Assembly (NCBI GenBank): GCA_964571525.1 | Contig: CAZNBY010000007.1 | Location: 13,942-77,941 of the forward strand | Length of the DNA stretch: 64,000 bases | DNA from: an uncultured Planctomycetota bacterium | GTDB lineage: Bacteria; Planctomycetota; B143-G9 | Direction: 5' to 3' | Shown: one piece after another, positions 1 to 8,957 of the stretch | How the letters are laid out: each line of letters starts with the position of its first letter | How positions within the stretch are numbered: the first letter of the stretch is position 1 | Program-made: the position numbers and the translations under genes | Notes under the pieces: model-generated | Told to the model about the DNA's origin: nothing | Databases searched by the model: none | What the model saw: only the letters and a program-made list of their open reading frames with translations

Positions 1-122
1 CTGCTCTTTGCAATTGCGCCACGATTGTCAGATTGCGAGGTGATAATCAATGCGCTCAGGATGCCTGAACACAAAACAAGCATCACCATTGTAAGAACAA
101 GGATCGCACCTCGTTCATTGTT
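1..122 (-). CDS. Partial gene (N-terminus only, continues past window start): PilX-like / type IV pilus minor pilin N-terminal segment
   Basis: Reverse-strand translation from ATG at 122..120 gives MNNERGAILVLTMVMLVLCSGILSALIITSQSDNRGAIAKS, which resembles the PilX_N hydrophobic N-terminus. Not in the ORF track because it is truncated by the window edge. Confidence 0.35.
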
Positions 123-534
123 CATATTGATTGTGCCTTTCACAAGACCCCCTTCGATGCTTAAGTGTCATTATACCACGCGAAATCGTTTTTGTCTAAG
201 AAGTAAAAAATCGAAGGGAATTTCCGCAACCTGCATCTTGCTCGCAGATATTCACCTCGGTGATGAGGAGTGCTTGTTACAAAGAGAAGGTACAGAGATG
301 ACCTGTTTCTACCCAGTGATGGGGTCTTTCGCCTCGCCTTTTTGTTCGGCATCAGGTGATTTTGCATTGAAATAGTCTGCAAAATCGGCATACTAAAGGT
401 ATATATTGCATTCGAGATTTTATTCACGAATCGAATAACGGGGCGCGATTTCGGGCATCTGCGCCGTTTGTTCTTTCGCGCCGACCGAGTTTGATGTCAC
501 ACCACAGGCACTTTGTAGTGCAAGGAGCTTTCTG

Positions 535-1524
535 ATGTCGAAGCGAGTTTTGATTATTGACGACGAGGCCGAAATTCGCCGTAACCTGACCTTTGGCCTT
601 ACCCAAGAGGGCTTTTCCTGCACAGCTTGCCCAGACGGCATCTCCGCCGTTCACGAGCTTTACGACTCGAAGGAAAAGGGCATTGGCTACGACTATCTCG
701 TAACCGATATCTTTATGCCCGACATTGACGGCCTTAAGATACTCAAGGTCATCAAGAATGGTTTTCCCGATCTGCCGGTGCTTGTTATCACTGGTTTTGG
801 TGACGATCTGCTTAAAGCCACTGCACTTTCCGAGCACAACACTGGATACCTTGATAAGCCTTTTGAAATCTCTGACCTTGTCGAGGCTTTGGAGAAGCTC
901 GCCCCCGGTGCAACAACGCTTGCAGCAGAAAAGCATGCTCCATCCGAGCCTCAGATTCGCGAATCTGTCAGTTCCTACATAACAATTCGCACAACTGATG
1001 CCGACCGCGCAATGGATATTTTCAAAGAGATATACTTCATGAAGGGCATTGCTCAGTGCGATGCGGTTCGTGGCGATGTTGACATGATTGTTCTCGCACA
1101 GGCATCATCTGAAGAGGAGATGAAGAATACTCTCGATAAGATCCGCGCTATCAAGGGTATCGAAATTGTCTCTATGTCTGCCGTTTTGCGTCCTAAGCTC
1201 GACCGTGATATCAAGAGCTTTATCGAGACATACGCGAAGGCGGTTAAAGAGGATGCCCAGAAGGATATGCCCAAGCTCAAGGGCACAACAAGCTATATCA
1301 TCGTTGATATTGACAAGGATGCCATTCAGCAGATTTTCACCACGGTCTTCTTCCTTGACGAAGTAGTCTTCTGCGATGTCATTGATAACGGCACCAAGCT
1401 TGTCGGCATGATCAACGACACCGAGGCTTACGGAAAGACTCCGCGCATCATCGAGCGCCTTAGCCAAATTGATGGCGTGCTTCGCGTCAAGGAAGCAAAG
1501 ATCATCAAGATGATAGATTTCTAA
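535..1524 (+). CDS. Response regulator: CheY-like receiver domain plus an about 200-aa C-terminal domain of unknown function (no recognisable HTH)
   Basis: N-terminus MSKRVLIIDDEAEIRRNL...DYLVTDIFMPDIDGLKILKVIK...VLVITGFGD carries the receiver Asp/Lys motifs. AGGAG sits 8 nt upstream of the ATG. A terminator follows. Confidence 0.8.
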   Translation: MSKRVLIIDDEAEIRRNLTFGLTQEGFSCTACPDGISAVHELYDSKEKGIGYDYLVTDIFMPDIDGLKILKVIKNGFPDLPVLVITGFGDDLLKATALSEHNTGYLDKPFEISDLVEALEKLAPGATTLAAEKHAPSEPQIRESVSSYITIRTTDADRAMDIFKEIYFMKGIAQCDAVRGDVDMIVLAQASSEEEMKNTLDKIRAIKGIEIVSMSAVLRPKLDRDIKSFIETYAKAVKEDAQKDMPKLKGTTSYIIVDIDKDAIQQIFTTVFFLDEVVFCDVIDNGTKLVGMINDTEAYGKTPRIIERLSQIDGVLRVKEAKIIKMIDF

Positions 1525-1549
1525 ACGATATCCAAACGGTTGAAATCAT

Positions 1550-1582
1550 GGGATTGGCGGTTAACCCGCCAATCCCTTTCTT
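1550..1582 (+). terminator. Rho-independent terminator
   Basis: GGGATTGGCGG-TTAAC-CCGCCAATCCC followed by TTTCTT. Confidence 0.6.
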
Positions 1583-1605
1583 AAACTCGAAAAGCTGCGG
1601 TAAAA

Positions 1606-2109
1606 ATGGAAAACACAAGCTCAGATTTCTCCTATCGCCTTTGGCGCTACGACGGCGCTGCCGGTGAGCTGATTCCACTTCTGCAATCCGCTCAAGAGCA
1701 TTTCGGCTACATTCCCCGCCGAGCCATCAAGTACATCTCTGAGGTCACCAACATACCGGAATCTACAATCTTCGGCGTGATAACATTCTACAGCCAGTTC
1801 CGCCTACAGCCGATGGGCAAGCATGTGATTCGAATTTGTGTAGGCACCGCTTGCCATGTTTCCGGTGCAAAGTCAATCGTCGAGTCAATTCAAGATGAAC
1901 TCGGTATCGAGGTCGGCGATACAACCGAAGACGGTATCTTCACCCTCTTCACGGTCGCATGTATCGGATGCTGTTCGCTTGCACCTGTTGTTATGATTGA
2001 CGACGACACGCACGGTAGGTTGACTCCTGCCTCAATTCGCCGTATTCTGCGAGACATAAGGCGGAAAGAGGGCGTAAAGCCCGCTGCCGTCGCTCAGTCA
2101 GGCGATTAG
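1606..2109 (+). CDS. NuoE/HoxE/HndA-like thioredoxin-fold [2Fe-2S] subunit (24-kDa subunit family)
   Basis: Cys motifs CVGTAC and CIGCC are in the typical NuoE spacing. Length 167 aa. Confidence 0.8.
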   Translation: MENTSSDFSYRLWRYDGAAGELIPLLQSAQEHFGYIPRRAIKYISEVTNIPESTIFGVITFYSQFRLQPMGKHVIRICVGTACHVSGAKSIVESIQDELGIEVGDTTEDGIFTLFTVACIGCCSLAPVVMIDDDTHGRLTPASIRRILRDIRRKEGVKPAAVAQSGD

Positions 2110-2178
2110 CGTACTTGAAGGTGCTCTGAATGACAAATGCTTCTATCCCTATCTCTTTGAGCAAACCGGAGAACCCTT

Positions 2179-3957
2179 ATGTGTAAGGTATTGGTCGGCA
2201 TGGGCACCTGTGGTCTTTCCGCAGGCGCAAAAGCCGTTTACGACAAGCTGAAAGAGCTTCTTCCCGAAGGTTCTGGTGATGCTGAGCTGACCATCACCGG
2301 TTGTATAGGTATGTGCTTCCGCGAACCTCTCGTCGAGGTGCGCGATAATGGGACCCGCTATATCTACGGCGAGGTAACTCCCGAGCTTGCAGTGAAGATA
2401 GTCGAATCACATGTCAAGGGTAAGAAACCCATTGATGAGAAGATAATCTATCGCGTTAACGGCGACGGGAAGGTTCAGGGGTCTGAGTCGGATTACCTTA
2501 TCCTACAAAGCAGAATTGTGTTGCGCAACTGCGGTGTGATAAATCCCGAATCCATTGATGAATACGAGCAGACGGGCGGATATGACGCTATGCGCAAGGC
2601 GCTTCTTGAGATGTCTTCCGAATCTGTAATCGAGGAGGTCAAGAAATCCGGCCTTCGCGGTCGTGGTGGCGCAGGGTTTCCTACGGGCTTGAAGTGGTCA
2701 TTTGCTGCCGCAAACAAGTCTGATGTGAAATACCTTGTCTGCAACGCTGACGAAGGTGACCCAGGTGCGTTTATGGACCGTTCGGTGCTGGAAAGCGACC
2801 CTCACTCGGTGCTTGAGGGTATGATTATCGCGGCAAAGGCTATCGGCGCAAAATACGGTTATATCTACTGCAGAGCTGAATACCCGCTTGCAATTAAGCG
2901 TTTGAATATCGCCATCGCCGATGCCCGAGCAAAGGGATATCTTGGCAAGAATATTATCGGCTCGGGCTTCGATTTTGATATAAAGATCAAACAGGGTGCT
3001 GGCGCGTTTGTATGCGGTGAGGAAACTGCTTTGTTCGCTTCAATCGAAGGACAGCGCGGCATGCCCCGCATTCGCCCTCCGTTCCCCGCTGAAAAAGGGC
3101 TCTGGCAGAAACCCACAAACAACAACAATGTCGAAACCTATGCCAATGTGCCTTGGATTATTTTAAACGGTGCTGCTGCGTTTACGGCAATCGGTACGCA
3201 GAAAAGCCCTGGCACTAAGGTTTTTGCCCTCGCTGGCAGAGTTAAGCGCGGTGGTCTTGCCGAAGTCCCCATGGGTACAACGATCCGCGAGCTTGTGTAT
3301 AGAATCGGTGGCGGCATTAAGAATGATAAGGGCTTTAAGGCCGTTCAAATGGGCGGTCCTTCAGGTGGCTGCATTCCAGTCGAACTTGCCGATACGCCCG
3401 TTGATTTCGAAAACATTCCCAAGACAGGCGCAATCATGGGCTCGGGCGGTATGGTCGTGCTGGACGAGACGACCTGCATGGTTGACATTGCGCGGTTCTT
3501 CCTCGACTTCACTCAGAACGAATCCTGCGGCAAATGCACCTTCTGCCGCATAGGAACCCTGCGTATGCTCGAGATGCTTGAGAAGATCACAAAGGGCGAG
3601 GGTAAAAAAGAAGATATCGAACGCCTGCGCGAACTCAGCTTCAAAATCAAAGAGGCGAGTCTCTGTGGTCTTGGCCAGACTGCGCCGAACCCCGTGCTGA
3701 CGACAATTCAGTATTACCTGAACGAATACACTGCACACATCGAAAACCACAAGTGCCCAGCAAAGTCTTGTTCGATGTTGGTCAGCTACCACATAAATGC
3801 TGAAAAGTGCGTTGGATGCACACTTTGCGCAAAGAACTGCCCGGTCAATGCAATAACTGGCAAAGCGAAACAGGTCCATGTCATCAACAACGAAATGTGT
3901 GTCAAGTGCGGGAAGTGCATAACAAGCTGCAACTTTGATGCCGTGTATAAAGATTAA
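2179..3957 (+). CDS. NuoF/HndC/HydB-like NAD(H)-binding FMN Fe-S subunit with N-terminal 2Fe-2S thioredoxin-like domain and C-terminal 2x[4Fe-4S] ferredoxin domain
   Basis: GRGGAGFPTGLKW is the FMN/NADH site of the 51-kDa family. C-terminus has CxxCxxCxxxCP twice. Confidence 0.85.
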   Translation: MCKVLVGMGTCGLSAGAKAVYDKLKELLPEGSGDAELTITGCIGMCFREPLVEVRDNGTRYIYGEVTPELAVKIVESHVKGKKPIDEKIIYRVNGDGKVQGSESDYLILQSRIVLRNCGVINPESIDEYEQTGGYDAMRKALLEMSSESVIEEVKKSGLRGRGGAGFPTGLKWSFAAANKSDVKYLVCNADEGDPGAFMDRSVLESDPHSVLEGMIIAAKAIGAKYGYIYCRAEYPLAIKRLNIAIADARAKGYLGKNIIGSGFDFDIKIKQGAGAFVCGEETALFASIEGQRGMPRIRPPFPAEKGLWQKPTNNNNVETYANVPWIILNGAAAFTAIGTQKSPGTKVFALAGRVKRGGLAEVPMGTTIRELVYRIGGGIKNDKGFKAVQMGGPSGGCIPVELADTPVDFENIPKTGAIMGSGGMVVLDETTCMVDIARFFLDFTQNESCGKCTFCRIGTLRMLEMLEKITKGEGKKEDIERLRELSFKIKEASLCGLGQTAPNPVLTTIQYYLNEYTAHIENHKCPAKSCSMLVSYHINAEKCVGCTLCAKNCPVNAITGKAKQVHVINNEMCVKCGKCITSCNFDAVYKD

Positions 3958-3967
3958 GGTGACCAAT

Positions 3968-6900
3968 ATGGACACGATAAAAATAACGATCAACGGTCAA
4001 GAGATAGATGCACCCGTCGGCGCAACGATACTCGAAGTCGTTCGCGAACAGGGGCTCGACGATATACCCACCCTATGCCACTCGCCCGAGCTTAAGCCCT
4101 ACGGCTCATGCTTCGTCTGTGTGGTTGAACTCGAGGGCAAACCGAATCTTGTTCCTTCGTGCGCGACAAAGGTCGCCCCAGGAATGAAGATTAATACACG
4201 CAACGAGCGTGTTATTGCCTCGCGCCGCACCGCTTTCGAGCTTCTCCTTTCAAACCATTACGCTGACTGTCTTTCACCTTGCCTGTTGGGTTGCCCCGCA
4301 GGAGTTGACGCGCAAGGCTACATTGCCCTTGCGGCTATGGGTGAATACCGTCGCGCGATTGATCTAATCCGCGAAACAAATCCGCTTCCTGCAATATGCG
4401 GTCGTGTTTGCGTTCGCAAGTGCGAAATCAACTGCCGTCGCAAGGACATTGATGCTCCGGTCGCAATAAACAATGTAAAGCGTTTTGTGTCGGACTCTCA
4501 GGGCGCTTATGACGGTATGCCAGAGAGAATGCCATCGAACGGAAAGACCATCGGCATTGTCGGTGCAGGTCCCGCAGGTCTAACCGCGGCGTGGTTCTTG
4601 GGCAAAATGGGCTATGACCCGGTACTATACGAAGCCCACGATCGTGGCGGTGGTATGTTGCGCTACGGCATACCTGAGTACCGACTTCCCGACGCTGTTC
4701 TTGACAAGGAGATCGAGTTTATCTGCCGTGCCGGAGCCGAGATCAAGTACAACACTCGTGTCGGCGAGGATATAACCCTTGACGAGCTTCGCAAAAAGCA
4801 CGATGCTGTCTTTATCGCGGCAGGCGCGATGGGCGGTAAGGATATGGGTGTTCCCGGCGAAGAGACCACAGTCGGTGTTGTCTCGGGCGTGGAATTTCTG
4901 CACGAAAAGGCCGACAGCAAGACTCCGGTACATGGCACAGTTGTGGTCGTTGGTGGCGGAAATACGGCAATGGATGTCGCCAGAACATCATGGCGTCTCG
5001 GTGCGCAGAAGGTAATAATCCTCTATCGCCGCACAAAGGACGAAATGCCAGCCGATAAGATGGAGATCGAAGATTGCATAAAGGAAGGAATCGAGATTTA
5101 CGAACTGGCCATGCCTGTCTCAATTGTCTCAGAAAACAACAAGCTCAAGGCTCTGCGTTGCATTCGTATGAAGCTTGGTGAACCCGATTCGTCAGGTCGC
5201 CGCCGTCCCGTCCCGTTAGAAGGCTCTGAATTTGACCTTCCATGCGATATGGCGGTGTCAGCGATTGGTCAGTCTCCGATTCTTAAAGGTCTAAGCGGTC
5301 CTGCGGTAACCCGCTGGGGCACGATAATCAGTGACCCCAAGACTATGGCGACAAACATACCCGGCTTGTTTGCGGGTGGCGATGTCGCAGACGACGGCCC
5401 GACAGTTGTTATTGACTCAATTCGCGATGGCCAGCGTGCAGCAAAGGCTATTCACAGCTACATTAGCGGTGAGCCTATACCCGCCGAGCCTTTCGGTGTT
5501 ACGAAAGACTTTTGGTCAAAACCCGGCAATGCCGAACTTGGCGATATACCTGAAAGCCCGCGGCATGAGATTCACGAGCTTGAAGTCGAGCACAGGCGCG
5601 GCAATTTCGAAGAAGTTGCTACTGGATTCGATTATGAGGATGTTGCGCATGAGGCAAATCGCTGCCTCTCCTGCGGTTGCGTTCGCTTCGACGATTGCTC
5701 TCTTAGGCTCTACGCTGAGGAATACGGCGTTGATATGGAACACTACAAGGGATATGTGCGCAAGCACCGTGTTGACGCACGCCATCCTTATATAGTATAT
5801 GATCCCAACAAGTGCGTGCTCTGCTCCCGTTGCATACGCACCTGCGATCGGGTGCTGCCGGTGTCCGCGCTTGGCCTTGTCAATCGTGGATTCAAGACAG
5901 AAATGCGCCCAGCGCTCAACGAACCTCTTGCAAAAACAAGCTGCATAAGCTGCGGCAACTGCGTTGACTCATGCCCAACCGGCGCACTCACAGTCAAATG
6001 GCCTTTCCCCGGCAGAGCCTCGATTGATTTTGAAAGCATTCCAACCTTCTGCGGTTTTTGCTCGGTTGGTTGCGCCATAACCGTAAAGAAGTTCGGCGAC
6101 AGCCGGTACACAATCGCCTCATCAGGCCGTCCTGGCGACTATCTCTGCCGGTATGGCCGATTTGGCAACGAGCTATTCATTCGATCCAAACGACTGACAA
6201 ATCCGCTTGAACGCATCAAGAGCAAGCACAGCGATGTCGCATTTGCATACGCATACAACAAGACAATCGAGTCAATGAAGGAGATCGTAGCGAAGTACGG
6301 ACCCGAGTCGGTCGCAGTTCTCGTGTCGCCCGAATTGACCTGTGAAGAGCTGTATCTGGCAAACCTGATTGCCCGTGAAGGCTTAAAGACCAATAACATT
6401 GGATCGCTTTCGCTTCTTATGGGTTCATCTGTGGCTGGTGCGCTCGACAATTCTTTCGGTTACACCGCCTCAACCGCCACTCGCGGTTGCCTGCGAGAAG
6501 CCGATCTGATCATATGCAACAACACCGGCACCCAGAACGATCAGTTGATTTTGGGTGTTGAAGTGATTGATGCGGTTAAGGATGGCGCAAAGCTGATTGT
6601 CTGCAACTCATCTGTTGACCCGCTTGCACAGCTTGCTGAATTAAACCTCGACCCCATGCGCGGCCGTTCAGCCTTGCTATGGAGCGGTGTTGCCAAGCTG
6701 TTGCTTGACGCTAAATTCCCGAAAGCCGAATCTCTCGAAAGTGTGGATGGCTCTGCTGGCTTTGTTGCTGAATTAAGTAAGCACAGCATCGGTGATGTCT
6801 CATCTTCGACTGGTGTTGATGGTGCGAAGATTCAGAATGCCGCCGAGCTTCTAATGGGTGCGCGCAAGGTTGTGTTCATACACAGCCCCGATCGCCCGTA

Positions 6901-7645
6901 CGACTCGGCTGCAGGCGATATGTCTGCTCTCGCCAATCTTGTTATCCTTCTCCGCTCCGCCGGTCTCGACGCACAGCTTCTTTTACCAAGCATGTATTCA
7001 AACGGCGCAGGGGTTGAGATTTCAGGCGCAGATCCTCAATTCACTGCTGGCAGATTGCCTGTCGAAAATCCAGTCGGTTCGAAGAGCCGCACAGAGTTAC
7101 GCAAGTTGCTCGAAAGCGGGACAATCCGCGGTGCGTTGGTCATCGGCGAGGATCCGATCTCGCACGATTCTACCGCCTCGTTTTTCCGCAACATCGAGTT
7201 TCTTGCCGCGTTCGATTGGGCAGTAACAGAAACCGTTCAGTTTGCTGACATCGCCTTCCCAATGGGCACATACCTTGAGGGGCAGGGCACACGCGTGAAC
7301 TTCGAGGGGCTTGTTCATACCTATTCGCCTGTCCTTGAACCTCCATCGGGTATTCAGGGCTGGACCGTGCTGTACGAACTCGCTTCAAAGTTTGGCGCAC
7401 ATCTTCCTGCAAAGAACATCACAAAGATATCTGCCGCGCTTAATCGAATCGCACATACCGGCGCAAAGAAGCTCGCACCTTACTATTTCAACACTGGTGA
7501 ATGCCATATGTCCGAGATATGCGCAAAACTCACAGTGTCTGATGTAGCGACGCGAGCAGCGAAGATACCGCCCCCCGTCACAGTTATGGATAAGTATAAG
7601 CGTACAATTCGCGAGGTTGGTATAGACAACTTCCGTGTGAAATAG
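3968..7645 (+). CDS. Large multi-domain Fe-S flavoprotein: NuoG-like 2Fe-2S N-terminus + GltD-like (Fer4_20 + FAD/NADPH Pyr_redox) + 2x[4Fe-4S] + Molybdop_Fe4S4 + degenerate molybdopterin-oxidoreductase-like domain
   Basis: ITINGQ...CHSPELKPYGSCFVC matches the NuoG N-terminus. CLSPCLLGCPAGV...PLPAICGRVCVRKCE matches the GltD N-terminal Fe-S domain. GIVGAGPAGLTAAW is a dinucleotide fold. CVLCSRCIRTCD/CISCGNCVDSCP and CGFCSVGC are further Cys clusters. Start taken at ATG 3968 (MDTIKITINGQ, RBS AAGGTGA) rather than the track start 3935. Confidence 0.8.
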   Translation: MDTIKITINGQEIDAPVGATILEVVREQGLDDIPTLCHSPELKPYGSCFVCVVELEGKPNLVPSCATKVAPGMKINTRNERVIASRRTAFELLLSNHYADCLSPCLLGCPAGVDAQGYIALAAMGEYRRAIDLIRETNPLPAICGRVCVRKCEINCRRKDIDAPVAINNVKRFVSDSQGAYDGMPERMPSNGKTIGIVGAGPAGLTAAWFLGKMGYDPVLYEAHDRGGGMLRYGIPEYRLPDAVLDKEIEFICRAGAEIKYNTRVGEDITLDELRKKHDAVFIAAGAMGGKDMGVPGEETTVGVVSGVEFLHEKADSKTPVHGTVVVVGGGNTAMDVARTSWRLGAQKVIILYRRTKDEMPADKMEIEDCIKEGIEIYELAMPVSIVSENNKLKALRCIRMKLGEPDSSGRRRPVPLEGSEFDLPCDMAVSAIGQSPILKGLSGPAVTRWGTIISDPKTMATNIPGLFAGGDVADDGPTVVIDSIRDGQRAAKAIHSYISGEPIPAEPFGVTKDFWSKPGNAELGDIPESPRHEIHELEVEHRRGNFEEVATGFDYEDVAHEANRCLSCGCVRFDDCSLRLYAEEYGVDMEHYKGYVRKHRVDARHPYIVYDPNKCVLCSRCIRTCDRVLPVSALGLVNRGFKTEMRPALNEPLAKTSCISCGNCVDSCPTGALTVKWPFPGRASIDFESIPTFCGFCSVGCAITVKKFGDSRYTIASSGRPGDYLCRYGRFGNELFIRSKRLTNPLERIKSKHSDVAFAYAYNKTIESMKEIVAKYGPESVAVLVSPELTCEELYLANLIAREGLKTNNIGSLSLLMGSSVAGALDNSFGYTASTATRGCLREADLIICNNTGTQNDQLILGVEVIDAVKDGAKLIVCNSSVDPLAQLAELNLDPMRGRSALLWSGVAKLLLDAKFPKAESLESVDGSAGFVAELSKHSIGDVSSSTGVDGAKIQNAAELLMGARKVVFIHSPDRPYDSAAGDMSALANLVILLRSAGLDAQLLLPSMYSNGAGVEISGADPQFTAGRLPVENPVGSKSRTELRKLLESGTIRGALVIGEDPISHDSTASFFRNIEFLAAFDWAVTETVQFADIAFPMGTYLEGQGTRVNFEGLVHTYSPVLEPPSGIQGWTVLYELASKFGAHLPAKNITKISAALNRIAHTGAKKLAPYYFNTGECHMSEICAKLTVSDVATRAAKIPPPVTVMDKYKRTIREVGIDNFRVK

Positions 7646-7666
7646 CATTGGTCTAACCGATTCAAA

Positions 7667-7690
7667 GGGGGCGGAAACGCCCCCTTTTTG
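7667..7690 (+). terminator. Rho-independent terminator
   Basis: GGGGGCG-GAAA-CGCCCCC followed by TTTTTG. Confidence 0.6.
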
Positions 7691-8297
7691 TTGAACAAGG
7701 CTACCTCGCCAGTGCTGCTTGAGGTGTCCTAAAGATGTTCTTGTTGCGGCAAACCCAGTGTTTGCTAAGGTATGAATGCGATAACTGGATTGTTGCAGCC
7801 CAATTTGTCAATCACCCTTTCGCAGCATCTTGATTTGATTGAAAGTAGCTTCCATAATTCCGAAAACGCCTTGACTTACCGATTTCTTCGTGTAACCTAT
7901 GTACGGATTTGGCGTCTAAATGTCATACATTAGCATATTGGATCGGAGGAGACATCAACCCACGCGCCCTCTGCCTATACCTGTTGTTTGTCGCCGCATG
8001 GCGACGCGCGGTATCGTGCGCTCTTGAGAGATGGATGAATGTTTCATCAAGTACTATTTTGTACATCAACCCAGATCTAACAGCGTCATTGATGCTCGCT
8101 GTGCCTATGACCTTTGAGACGAGGTCACTGTTGGGCATAAACTGTGTGACTGCATCAATGAAACTTTACAATATGGGGACAGAAAATCACGCAGAACCAA
8201 TCAGTATAGACTCTCCGATCGAGACGCCAAGCGGGTTAGACTCGGAGATACGAAATAGGAGGCAACCATAAGGCAAATCTCAGCGTTTGCAATCATC

Positions 8298-8957
8298 GTG
8301 ATTGCACTCCTCTTTCAGGCACTTGTCAGTGCAGAAGAAGTAGCACAGCCGTCTATCAATGATACCCTTTGTGAACTAAGGTACTTGGGAAGGCAAGGTG
8401 ACCAGTATATACTTACTGGGCACAATTCTAAAGACTACCTGTTGTTTGCAGTCAAGGCTTCATCGCACTATGAGATCAAGCGAAAGGTTGAAACCCAAGT
8501 AGTGTTTGTATGTTACGACAACGGATTACTTTACGGCAAAGACAAAGACTGCCTATATATTTACAATCTTAGTGAGAACAGAATAGAAAAACATCAAATG
8601 TCAGGTGATTTCACTATATATGAAGGAGGTATTGTATTCTCAATATTAAATGATTCTATTAATGTAATCGACAGGAAAATGAACACTGTTTGTTCGATTC
8701 AACTTCAAGGTGTGCGCAAGCATAATGTAACATTTATTGCTCCTTCGACAATTGCATATGTTAAGAACGGCGTTTTGATTATGTTCGACTGGAATAGTAA
8801 AAAGTCAAGTACAATCGAAGGTGTTAGCGCAATAAGAAAGCATTGCAGATATTACTCAATATGTGGAGAATATGCACAGAATATAAGAAATACGCATGGT
8901 ATATACTCTAAGAATTGCGATTGGTTTTTATGTTATTCCGAGATGGCTTTGAGTTAG
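8298..8957 (+). CDS. Hypothetical secreted protein, N-terminal part of a probably frameshifted gene (beta-propeller-like repeats)
   Basis: GTG start with signal-peptide-like LLFQALVSA. Coding DNA is AT-rich. The frame ends 40 nt after a T5 run. Confidence 0.4.
   Translation: MIALLFQALVSAEEVAQPSINDTLCELRYLGRQGDQYILTGHNSKDYLLFAVKASSHYEIKRKVETQVVFVCYDNGLLYGKDKDCLYIYNLSENRIEKHQMSGDFTIYEGGIVFSILNDSINVIDRKMNTVCSIQLQGVRKHNVTFIAPSTIAYVKNGVLIMFDWNSKKSSTIEGVSAIRKHCRYYSICGEYAQNIRNTHGIYSKNCDWFLCYSEMALS

Noticed and set aside
424-936. 170-aa antisense ORF overlapping the response-regulator gene
   Set aside because: Lies opposite a strongly supported CDS and has no motif. Typical shadow ORF. The same reasoning applies to the many 60-130-aa antisense ORFs inside the other long genes.
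3968-7645. Selenocysteine-containing formate dehydrogenase
   Set aside because: No in-frame TGA. The molybdopterin-like domain lacks an evident FdhA active-site context and looks NuoG-like (degenerate).
7909-8271. 120-aa ORF in the intergenic region
   Set aside because: No RBS and low-complexity, non-protein-like composition (MASKCHTLAYWIGGDINPRALCLYLLF…). Treated as non-coding.
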